This document shows positions 37,713-46,430 of a stretch of DNA of 64,000 nucleotides, one piece after another. The number at the start of each line of letters is the position of its first letter. Position 1 is the first letter of the stretch. A model generated the notes under the pieces. It searched no databases. It was not told the origin of the DNA and saw only the letters and a program-made list of their open reading frames with translations. A program made the position numbers and the translations under genes. The stretch is from an uncultured Alphaproteobacteria bacterium. GTDB lineage: Bacteria > Pseudomonadota > Alphaproteobacteria > Reyranellales > Reyranellaceae. The stretch lies in the NCBI GenBank assembly GCA_963809025.1, contig CAWEIE010000046.1, positions 17,873-81,872 of the forward strand, written 5' to 3'.

Positions 37713-39272
37713 ATGTTTGCACTGACCCAGGGACTACGTCGCGCCGCCCAGACCAAGCCCAACGGCATCTCGACCCAGTTCGCCAGTCGTCGCCGCACCT
37801 GGCAGCAGACCACGGACCGGGTGAGCCGCATCGCCGGCGCCCTATTCGCGCTGGGCGTGCGACCCGGCGACCGCGTGGCCATCCTGGCGCTGAACAGCGA
37901 CCGCTACTTCGAGCTGATGTACGCCATTCCCTGGATTGGTGCCGTCATGGTGCCGATCAACACCCGGCTGGCCGCACCGGAGATCGAGTACATCCTGTCC
38001 GATTCGGGTGCCGTGGCGCTGTTCATCGACACCGCCATGTCGCACCACCTGACGCCGCTCGAGGACAAGATGCCGGGCGTGCGCGAGGTCGTCTGGCTCG
38101 ACGACACGTCAGGGCCGGAAGGCCTGCTGCATTTCGAGGACCTCACCAACTACGATCCGGCGCTCGATGTCGGCGCGGCCGACGACGATCTGGCCGGCCT
38201 CTTCTACACCGGCGGCACCACGGGACGCTCCAAGGGCGTGATGCTCAGCCACACCAACCTGGTGGTGAACGCCCTGAACGGCGTGGCCGGCATCGGCTTC
38301 AGCAGCGACACGACCTACATTCATTCCGGGCCGATGTTCCATCTCGCCGACGGCGCCTCGACCTTCGGGGTCACCATGGCCGGCGGCCGCCACGCCTTCG
38401 TGCCGCGCTTCGAGCCGGCCGAGGTGCTGCAGACCATCGAGACCGAGAAGGTGACGCACGCGCAGTTCGTGCCGACCATGATCAACATGATCGTCAACCA
38501 TCCGCGCTTCGCCGAGTTCGACATCCGCACGCTGCAGTTCATTCTGTACGGCGCCTCGCCGATGCCCGAGGGCGTGCTGCGGCGGGCCATGCAGGTGATG
38601 CCGCATGTGAAGCTGATGCATGCCTACGGCATGACCGAGGCGGCGCCCATCGTGACGCTGCTCGATCCGCGTTACACCACGCTGGAGGGACCGTTCGCCG
38701 GCAGGCTGAAGTCGTGCGGGCAGGCGGCGCTGGGCTGCGAGATCAGGGTGGTCGACGCCAAGCGCGAGGAAGTGCCGCGCGGCACGGCGGGCGAGCTTGC
38801 GATCCGCGGCGCCAACATCATGAAGGGCTACTGGAAGAAGCCCGACGAGACCGCAGCCGTTTTGAAGGACGGCTGGTACTACTCCGGCGACGGCGCCTAC
38901 ATGGATGACGAGGGCTTCGTCTATATCGTCGACCGGCTCAAGGACATGATCATCTCCGGCGGCGAGAACGTCTATTCTGCCGAGGTCGAGAACGCGATCT
39001 CGCTGCTGACGGGCGTCAGCGAAGTCGCGGTGATCAGCGTGCCCGACGAGCGCTGGGGCGAACGCGTGCACGCCATCATTGTCCCGAAGCCCGGCGTCAC
39101 GCTCAGCGTCGACGACGTCACGGAGCACTGCCGCAGCCACATCGCCGGCTACAAGTGCCCGCGCAGCATCGACTTCCGCGACACGCCGTTGCCGCTCTCG
39201 GGCGCCGGCAAGGTGCTGAAGCGCGAGCTGCGCGAGCCATATTGGAAGGGGTTCACGAAAGCCGTCAACTGA
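37713..39272 (+). CDS. Long-chain acyl-CoA ligase (AMP-binding)
   Basis: YTGGTTGRSKG, AYGMTE, SGDG, VDRLKDMIISGGENV, SGAGKVLK. Confidence 0.92.
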   Translation: MFALTQGLRRAAQTKPNGISTQFASRRRTWQQTTDRVSRIAGALFALGVRPGDRVAILALNSDRYFELMYAIPWIGAVMVPINTRLAAPEIEYILSDSGAVALFIDTAMSHHLTPLEDKMPGVREVVWLDDTSGPEGLLHFEDLTNYDPALDVGAADDDLAGLFYTGGTTGRSKGVMLSHTNLVVNALNGVAGIGFSSDTTYIHSGPMFHLADGASTFGVTMAGGRHAFVPRFEPAEVLQTIETEKVTHAQFVPTMINMIVNHPRFAEFDIRTLQFILYGASPMPEGVLRRAMQVMPHVKLMHAYGMTEAAPIVTLLDPRYTTLEGPFAGRLKSCGQAALGCEIRVVDAKREEVPRGTAGELAIRGANIMKGYWKKPDETAAVLKDGWYYSGDGAYMDDEGFVYIVDRLKDMIISGGENVYSAEVENAISLLTGVSEVAVISVPDERWGERVHAIIVPKPGVTLSVDDVTEHCRSHIAGYKCPRSIDFRDTPLPLSGAGKVLKRELREPYWKGFTKAVN

Positions 39273-40804
39273 TGCCTGCCATCCCTTACTACGACTGGAT
39301 CGCCCATCACGCCGGCCGGCGGCCGACCACGCTTGCGATCCAAGACCTGCAGACCAATCGTAAGTTCAGCTACGCCGACCTCCACGCCCGCACCGATGAG
39401 CTGGCGGCCGCGCTCGCTGCCAGAGGCATCGGCAAGGGTGATCGCGTCGCGCTGCTGGCGCCCAACTGCGCGGAGTATTTCGAGCTGCAGTTCGCCTGCG
39501 GACGGATGGGCGCCATCATGCTGCCGCTCAACTGGCGGCTCGCCGTGCCGGAGCTGCAGTACATCCTGTCCGATTCGACACCGTCGTTGCTGATCCACGA
39601 CAAGAGCTTCGCCGACCAGGCGCGACAGCTTTCGACGAGCCTGCTGGAGATCGATCACGACCGGCCCGACAGCGCCTACGAGCGGGCGTTGGCATCGGCG
39701 CCGCCGCCTGCCCCGCCGGTCGCCCTCACTCACGACGACATCGCCATGGTGATGTACACCTCCGGCACCACCGGGCACCCCAAGGGCGCCATCATCACGC
39801 ACGGCATGAACTTCTGGAACTGCGTGAACCTCGGCATTCCGGCCATGATCACGCCCGAGACCGTGCAGCTCGTGGTGCTGCCGCTGTTCCACACCGGCGG
39901 TCTCAATTGCTATGCCAATCCCGTGCTGCATGCCGGCGGCACGATCGTGGTGATGCGTACCTTCGATCCAGGTGCCGCGCTCGACTGCATCTCCGATCCG
40001 GCGCTCGGCATCACCCACTTCTTCGGCGTGCCGGCGCCCTACCAGTTCATGATGCAGCACCCGAAGTTCCAGGGCGCCGACCTGTCGCGCCTCAGGATCG
40101 CCGGCGTCGGCGGCGCGCCCTGTGCGCTTGCCATCCTCGAAGGCTGGAGTGCGCGCGGTGTGCCGCTGGTCCAGGGCTGGGGCATGACCGAGACCAGCCC
40201 GGCCGGCACCATGCTCGATGCCGCCGACGCCATCCGCAAGGTGGGCTCGGCCGGCAAGGCGCTGATGCACACCGCCATCCGCATCGTCGACGACGAGGGC
40301 CGCGACGTGGCGCCGGGCGACATCGGCGAGCTGCTGATCAAGGGCCCCAACATCACGCCGGGCTATTGGAACAAGCCGGAGGCCACGGCCAAGGCCTTCA
40401 CCGACGGCTGGCTGCATACCGGCGACGCGGCGCGCCAGGACGAGGAAGGCTTCGTCTATATCGTCGATCGCTGGAAGGACATGTACATCTCGGGCGGCGA
40501 GAACGTTTATCCGGCCGAGGTCGAGAACGTGCTGTTCCAGATCCCGGCTGTCGCCGACGCCGCTATCATCGGCGTGCCCAGCGAACGGTGGGGCGAGGTC
40601 GGCCTGGCAGTCATCGTGCGCAAGCCCGGCGAGGCGCTGGCGGAAGGCGACGTCATCCGCCATTGCCTCGGCAATCTCGCCAAGTTCAAGGTGCCGCAGT
40701 CGGTCGCGTTCGTCGATACCCTGCCGCGCAACGCCACGGGCAAGGTGCTGAAGCGCGAGCTGCGCGTTCAGTTCGCCGGCGCGGACAAGCCGGCGATAAC
40801 TTGA
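39272..40804 (+). CDS. Acyl-CoA ligase (AMP-binding), second paralog
   Basis: YTSGTTGHPKG, GWGMTE, TGD, VDRWKDMYISGGENV, NATGKVLK; TGATG coupling with upstream gene. Confidence 0.92.
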   Translation: MPAIPYYDWIAHHAGRRPTTLAIQDLQTNRKFSYADLHARTDELAAALAARGIGKGDRVALLAPNCAEYFELQFACGRMGAIMLPLNWRLAVPELQYILSDSTPSLLIHDKSFADQARQLSTSLLEIDHDRPDSAYERALASAPPPAPPVALTHDDIAMVMYTSGTTGHPKGAIITHGMNFWNCVNLGIPAMITPETVQLVVLPLFHTGGLNCYANPVLHAGGTIVVMRTFDPGAALDCISDPALGITHFFGVPAPYQFMMQHPKFQGADLSRLRIAGVGGAPCALAILEGWSARGVPLVQGWGMTETSPAGTMLDAADAIRKVGSAGKALMHTAIRIVDDEGRDVAPGDIGELLIKGPNITPGYWNKPEATAKAFTDGWLHTGDAARQDEEGFVYIVDRWKDMYISGGENVYPAEVENVLFQIPAVADAAIIGVPSERWGEVGLAVIVRKPGEALAEGDVIRHCLGNLAKFKVPQSVAFVDTLPRNATGKVLKRELRVQFAGADKPAIT

Positions 40805-40812
40805 CGGCACCC

Positions 40813-40847
40813 GCTACGCTCGGTGTCATCCCGAGCGTAGCGAGGGG
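40813..40847. repeat. Partial family A palindromic element / hairpin between convergent genes
   Basis: GCTACGCTCGG-tgtcatc-CCGAGCGTAGC; GTCATCCCGAGCGTAGCGAGG resembles the family A arm. Confidence 0.55.
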
Positions 40848-40868
40848 CCTTTTCCACGCAAGCGGATA

Positions 40869-42161
40869 TCAGGCCGCAGCCAGCGCCTGATCGAGATCGG
40901 CCACGATGTCCTCGATGTGCTCGATGCCGATCGACAGGCGCACATAGCCCGGCGTCACGCCGGTCTGCGCCTGTTCCTCCGGCGTGAGCTGCGAGTGCGT
41001 CGTCGAGGCCGGGTGGATAGCGAGGCTGCGCGCGTCGCCGATATTGGCGACGTGATAGAACATCTTGAGATTGTCGATGAACTTGCGGCCGGCATCGGCG
41101 CCGCCCTTGAGCTCGAAACCCAGCAATGCCCCCATGCCGCGCGACAGGTAGGTCTCGGCACGCTTCCTGGCCTCGCCTTTCATCAGCGACGGATGGATCA
41201 CCTTCGAGATCTTGGCGTGCTTGGAGAGATGCTGCGCCACCTTGTCGGCGTTGTCGCAGTGCACGCGCATGCGCAGCGGCAAGGTCTCCAACCCCTGGAT
41301 GAACATGAAGGCGTTGAAGGGGCTCATCGGCGCACCGATGTCGCGCAACAGCGTCACCCGCGCCTTGATGATGTAGGCGACCGGTCCCATCGGCTTGGTG
41401 GCCTGGGTCCACACTGCGCCGTGGTAGCTCGGGTCGGGCGTGTTGAGCATGGGGAAGCGGTCCTTGTGCTTCTCCCAGTCGAAGTTGCCGCCATCGACCA
41501 GGATGCCGCCGATCGAAGTGCCATGGCCGCCGATGTACTTGGTGGTCGAATGCATGACGATCGCCGCGCCGTGGTCGATCGGCCGACAGATCACCGGCGA
41601 GGCGGTGTTGTCCATGATCAGCGGCACGCCGAGCTCGCGACCGATCCTGGCGACCTCGCCGATCGGGAAGACGGTGAGCTTCGGGTTCGGCAGGGTCTCG
41701 GCGTAGTAGCACCGCGTCTTGGCGTCGGTCGCGCGGCGGAAATTCTCGGGATCGGCCGGATCGACGAAGCGGCATTCGATGCCCATCGTCTTCAGTGTGT
41801 TGGCGAACAGATTCCAGGTGCCGCCGTAGAGGTCGGTCGAAGCCACGAAATTGTCACCGGCATGGCAGATGTTCTGGACAGCAAACAGCGACGCCGCCTG
41901 CCCCGAGCCCAGCGCCAGCGCTGCGACGCCGCCCTCGAGTGCGGCGATGCGCTGTTCCAGCACGTCGTTGGTCGGGTTCATGATGCGGGTGTAGATGTTG
42001 CCGAGCTCGGCCAGGCCGAACAGGTTGGCCGCGTGCTGCGTGTCGCGGAACTGGTAGCTGGTCGTCTGGTAGATCGGCACCGCCACGGCGTTGGTCGCCG
42101 GATCACTGCGGTAGCCCGAATGCAACACGACGGTCTCAGGATGCTTGCTGTTCGTTGGCAT
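40869..42161 (-). CDS. metY: O-acetylhomoserine aminocarboxypropyltransferase / sulfhydrylase
   Basis: AVPIYQTTSY, GNIYTRIMNPT, HSTTKYIGGHG (PLP Lys), NIGDARSLAIHPASTTHSQL. Confidence 0.93.
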   Translation of the reverse strand: MPTNSKHPETVVLHSGYRSDPATNAVAVPIYQTTSYQFRDTQHAANLFGLAELGNIYTRIMNPTNDVLEQRIAALEGGVAALALGSGQAASLFAVQNICHAGDNFVASTDLYGGTWNLFANTLKTMGIECRFVDPADPENFRRATDAKTRCYYAETLPNPKLTVFPIGEVARIGRELGVPLIMDNTASPVICRPIDHGAAIVMHSTTKYIGGHGTSIGGILVDGGNFDWEKHKDRFPMLNTPDPSYHGAVWTQATKPMGPVAYIIKARVTLLRDIGAPMSPFNAFMFIQGLETLPLRMRVHCDNADKVAQHLSKHAKISKVIHPSLMKGEARKRAETYLSRGMGALLGFELKGGADAGRKFIDNLKMFYHVANIGDARSLAIHPASTTHSQLTPEEQAQTGVTPGYVRLSIGIEHIEDIVADLDQALAAA

Positions 42162-42296
42162 GTCTCACTTCCCCCGCTGCTGTTGTGCAGGTCATTGGCA
42201 TAGTTAAATGCGTCAGCGGGGGCAAGCAGCAGCCAGTTCAGGAAGGCTTCAGAAGAGTTTTCCTGTCCCTGTGAATCCGCCTGACACGGCGTCGGG

Positions 42297-42650
42297 CTAG
42301 ACCAGCGGCACGTAGTCGTACTCGCCCACGCCCTGCAGGATCAGGAAGGTGAGCGAGGTCTTGCCGGCGTTGGTCACCAGATGCGGGCGGCCGGCAACTG
42401 CGACGTAGCTCTGCCCCACGCCGAGCCGCACCTCTTCCTTGGGCTGCTGCAGGAACAGCCGCATCTCGCCATCCAGCACATAGAAGGTGTCGCTGATATT
42501 GGTGTGGAAATGCCAGGGCACGGTCTGCGTCGGCGAGAGCTGCAGCTCGTTGATGCGGAAACCCGGGCGCTCGGCGTGCCGGTCGCGGCGCTCCACCTCG
42601 TAGAGATGGCTGGCATCCTTGACGGGCTGAAGTCTGCGTTCGGCCTTCAT
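42297..42650 (-). CDS. Cupin domain protein
   Basis: PWHFH..SDTFYVLDG, GRPH..TN cupin motifs. Confidence 0.82.
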   Translation of the reverse strand: MKAERRLQPVKDASHLYEVERRDRHAERPGFRINELQLSPTQTVPWHFHTNISDTFYVLDGEMRLFLQQPKEEVRLGVGQSYVAVAGRPHLVTNAGKTSLTFLILQGVGEYDYVPLV

Positions 42651-42699
42651 TGTCGATCTATCCTTTCGCAAAGGATCGGAAGCCATTATGAACCTCGGC

Positions 42700-43317
42700 A
42701 TGATTACGATCTACGGCGTCCACCGCTCCCGCGCCTCGCGCAACATCTGGCTGGCCCACGAGCTCGGCATCCCTTTCAAGCTGGTCCCGGTGATGCAGCG
42801 CTATCGGCTCAAGGACCCGATCCCCACCGATATCGTCCATACCAGGTCGCCGTCCTTCCTGAAGGTCAACCCCAACGGCCATGTCCCGACGATGGAGGAT
42901 GACGGCCTGGTGCTGCACGAATCGCTGGCCATCAACCTCTACCTTGCCAAGAAGCATGGCGGTCCGCTGGCGCCGGCCAACGTCGCCGAGGACGGGCTGA
43001 TGGGCATGTGGTCGCTGTGGGCGGTGACCGAGGTCGAGCCGCATTCGCTGTCGATTGCCCAGAACGGCCCGTCCGCTGCCGCGATGGATGCCCTGCGCGG
43101 GCCGTTCGCCGTGCTCGAGGACGCGCTCGCCGATGGCTTTCTGGTCGGCGGTCGCTTCACGGTGACTGACATAAACGTAGCAGAGATCGTCCGCTATGCC
43201 GACGGCACCGTAGAACTGTTCAAGGCAGCGCCGAGAGTGAAGGCCTGGTTCGAAGCCTGTCGGGCTCGTCCCGCCTATCGAACGATGTGGGACGCACGAG
43301 AGAAGGAGCCGGCCTAG
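42700..43317 (+). CDS. Glutathione S-transferase
   Basis: SRASRNIW, NPNGHVP, LHESLAI..YLA, FLVGGRFTVTD. Confidence 0.92.
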   Translation: MITIYGVHRSRASRNIWLAHELGIPFKLVPVMQRYRLKDPIPTDIVHTRSPSFLKVNPNGHVPTMEDDGLVLHESLAINLYLAKKHGGPLAPANVAEDGLMGMWSLWAVTEVEPHSLSIAQNGPSAAAMDALRGPFAVLEDALADGFLVGGRFTVTDINVAEIVRYADGTVELFKAAPRVKAWFEACRARPAYRTMWDAREKEPA

Positions 43318-43508
43318 ACCGGTGTTCCGCCTCCCGGCTGACGCAGCGATGGTGCAATACGGAAAGCCGGTTCCCACAAGGCGCCGCATGGCCTAGGCTT
43401 GGCCACGCGGCAAGCTCTCGGGACCGCCGCGGACCAAGTCCATGGCGGCCATGACAAGTTCGGCGGGGTAATCGCCGTTGCGGTCGCGGGCTAGGGGCAG
43501 AAGTGTCT

Positions 43509-46430
43509 ATGAGGATTCTCGCGGAAACGGCGGAACGTAGCATCGTGACGGTGCTGGCCGTGGATACCGTCAATTCCACCGGCCACATCGCCGGCGATGA
43601 TCCCGATGATGCGCAGGAACTGCTCGACCGCATCTTCGAACATCTCGATGGGACGATCCGGCGCGCCGGCGGCCTGATGGTGAACTATTCGGGTGACGGC
43701 GGCATCGCGGTGTTCGGCTGGCCGACCTCGATGGAAGACCATGCCGATCGCGCCTGCGAGACCGCGTGGCTGATTCAGCATCCCGACACCGAGGCCGCCC
43801 GCCTTCGCGACATGCTCGATCGGCCCATCCGCTTCCGCGTCGGCATCCATTCCGGCCTGGTCGGTTTGCGACGCATGGACATGCAGATCGGCTCGAAGCT
43901 CGATCCGGTCGGCGGCACCGTTCACATCGCCGCCGCGTTGCAGAAGATCGCGCCGCCCGACAGCGTCTTCGTGAGCTCCAAGACCGTCGAACTGTGCCGG
44001 TCGGCACTCGAGCTTACGTCCCTCGAGGACGTCACGATCCTCAAGCAGATCAACGCCAGCGCCTACAGCCTGTCCGGCCCGCCCCGCGCGCCAGGTGCCG
44101 GCGACAGCGGTTCGCGCAACTACCGTACACCGCTGGTCGGCCGCCAGCTCGAGCGCGACTCGATTCGCCAGGCCCTGGCTCGCCAGGAACGCGGTTGCCG
44201 CACCATCGCCGTCATCGGCGAACCTGGCATCGGCAAGAGCAGGCTGGCGGCTGCGGCGATCCAGGACGCGCAGCAGAGCAACCAGCTCGTCTTGATGTTC
44301 CGGGGCGATTCACGACGCCGCACCACACCGTACTCGGCCGTGCGCTCACTCATCCTGGCAGCCTCCTCGCTGAGCGAAGCGGCGACGGATGCCGAAGTCA
44401 CAAACGGCCTGGCCGCGGCTGGAATCGAACATCTCGAGGACGGCCCGCTGGGTACCGTGCTGCTGGCCAAGTCCGCCGCCGAGCATGGCAAGTTGGGCCT
44501 GCTGACCCAGACCCAGGTCGCTCGTGCCCTGGTCGAGGCCCTGACGAAGCTGACGGCGGGCACTCCGACGTTGGTTGTGATCGAGGACCTGCATCTCCTC
44601 GACCTCGAAAGCATCTACTGTCTGCGCTTGATGCGAGAGAACACGGTGTGCGCGCCTTGTACGCTGCTGGTGACGGGACGACCGGAGGCGCTTGCAGAGG
44701 CTCAGGACATCGCCGCCATGGTCCTGCAACTCGATCCCCTTCCTCGCGCCGAGATGCGCGAACTCGTCCATCAGCTGTGGCCGCAGGGCGCGCCGCTGCC
44801 GTCCATCGTCGAGAAGGTTCTCGACAGGGCCGACGGCGTGCCGTTCGTGCTCGAACAGATCGTGCTGTCGATTGAAGACAGCATCAACCTTGTGCCGCAG
44901 AGCGTGCAGTCGGTGATCCACGCCCGCCTCAACCGTCTGTCCTCGAGCGCAAAGGAGTGCGCCCAGGCGCTGAGCGTTCTGGGCAACGAAGTCGAGGTCG
45001 ATGTTGCCTTGCAGGTGTTGAACAAGGATAGCGAAACACTGCTGCGCGACTGCGCCGAGCTCGAGCGGCTCGATATCGTCCAGCCGTCGATCGGCACGTC
45101 GATCCGCTTTCGCCATGCCATTGTCGCGGAGGCCTGTTCCGAAACGGTGCCGGGACCGCGGCGTCGGGAGCTGCATCGTGCGGCGATCGCCGCCGTCACC
45201 GCGACCTATTCCGATCTCGGTGGGCAGCTCGAGCGCCTCGCCTTCCATGCTGAAAGTGCGCGCAACGACGAGCAAGCGCTCGACTACCTCTGGCGGGCCG
45301 GGCTGCGGGCCAGGCGCAGCTCGGCGAGCGGGTCGCTCTTGCTCATCTTCCAGCGAGCGATGGAGTGCGTCGAAAGGATCGGCGAACCGGCAGAAGGGCG
45401 GTTCGTCGACTTCGTGCTTATGGCCTTCGCGCACCTCCTGTCGATCGGTGAGTTCACCAAGATGAACCCCTACCTGCCGCGCGCCCTGGAGCTCGCCCAG
45501 CGCCAGGATCGGCCGGACAGGGTTTGCGCAGCCTTGTGCCACATGGCCTTGATCAGCTGGTTCAAGGGCCATTACGTCGACTGTCGCGAGCAGAGCGAAA
45601 GGGCGCTCATGGTCGCCACCGAGCTCGACAATCTTCCCCTGCAATTCAGCGCCAAGTTCATGCTGGGCAGCGCCCTCTACGGCACGGGAGAGATCAGGCG
45701 CGCGATCGACGTGCAGCGCGAACTGCGCGATGCCTTCAGCGGCCCGCTCGAGTCGACGCGCCTTGGCGCCACGGCACTCCCTGCATCTCTTGTCCGCAGC
45801 TTCCTCGGCTGGTTCATGATGGAGGTGGGCCTCTACGACGAAGGACTGGGTCATACCGAGCAGGCGCTGGAGATCGCCACGCGCGAGGGCGAGCCCTACT
45901 CCGAGCTGCTGGCCCGGCTGGGACTGGGCCGCAACCTGCTGAAGCTCGGACGCTACCGCGAGGCGGCAGATTGCCTGCAGGTCGCGGTCAACCTGATCGA
46001 CCAACATGGCTACGATCCGGCCTTGCCGCACGTCGTCGGCCTGCTGGCGAGCGCGCTGGCGCGGACGGGCCAAGCGGCACAAGCGGTGGCGTCCGTCGAG
46101 GCGTGGTTGGCGCGCGGCCTGCAGGACCGCACCGGCCGGCTCGAGCTCTACTACCTCAATGCCGGCTACGCCGAGGCGCTGGCCCAGCTGGGATCGTCGT
46201 CGGACGCCCTGGCTGCGATCAACAGCGCGCTCGACGTCGCACGCAGCATCAGCAATCCGTGTCTGATCGTGCAGGGGCTCGGCGTGCGCGCTAGCCTACT
46301 TGGGGCGATCGACCCCAATTCGGTGCAGATCGCCGCCGATCTTGCCGAGCAGGCAAACCTCTGCCGGCAATATGGCCTGGTCGCCGACGAACAGCTCAGG
46401 GCTTCTTCGGCCAATCCGGCAGAACGCTGA
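43509..46430 (+). CDS. Class III cyclase-like domain + STAND/AAA ATPase + TPR-like repeats (cyclase site degenerate)
   Basis: VTVLAVDTVNST, GDG, RVGIHSG; LVGR..E, GEPGIGKS (Walker A), VVIEDLH (Walker B), ADGVPF; helical repeats. Confidence 0.88.
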   Translation: MRILAETAERSIVTVLAVDTVNSTGHIAGDDPDDAQELLDRIFEHLDGTIRRAGGLMVNYSGDGGIAVFGWPTSMEDHADRACETAWLIQHPDTEAARLRDMLDRPIRFRVGIHSGLVGLRRMDMQIGSKLDPVGGTVHIAAALQKIAPPDSVFVSSKTVELCRSALELTSLEDVTILKQINASAYSLSGPPRAPGAGDSGSRNYRTPLVGRQLERDSIRQALARQERGCRTIAVIGEPGIGKSRLAAAAIQDAQQSNQLVLMFRGDSRRRTTPYSAVRSLILAASSLSEAATDAEVTNGLAAAGIEHLEDGPLGTVLLAKSAAEHGKLGLLTQTQVARALVEALTKLTAGTPTLVVIEDLHLLDLESIYCLRLMRENTVCAPCTLLVTGRPEALAEAQDIAAMVLQLDPLPRAEMRELVHQLWPQGAPLPSIVEKVLDRADGVPFVLEQIVLSIEDSINLVPQSVQSVIHARLNRLSSSAKECAQALSVLGNEVEVDVALQVLNKDSETLLRDCAELERLDIVQPSIGTSIRFRHAIVAEACSETVPGPRRRELHRAAIAAVTATYSDLGGQLERLAFHAESARNDEQALDYLWRAGLRARRSSASGSLLLIFQRAMECVERIGEPAEGRFVDFVLMAFAHLLSIGEFTKMNPYLPRALELAQRQDRPDRVCAALCHMALISWFKGHYVDCREQSERALMVATELDNLPLQFSAKFMLGSALYGTGEIRRAIDVQRELRDAFSGPLESTRLGATALPASLVRSFLGWFMMEVGLYDEGLGHTEQALEIATREGEPYSELLARLGLGRNLLKLGRYREAADCLQVAVNLIDQHGYDPALPHVVGLLASALARTGQAAQAVASVEAWLARGLQDRTGRLELYYLNAGYAEALAQLGSSSDALAAINSALDVARSISNPCLIVQGLGVRASLLGAIDPNSVQIAADLAEQANLCRQYGLVADEQLRASSANPAER

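Noticed and set aside
42162-42296. SAM-II or SAM-SAH riboswitch upstream of metY
   Set aside because: Plausible location, but I could not match the conserved cores by eye; needs an Rfam/Infernal scan
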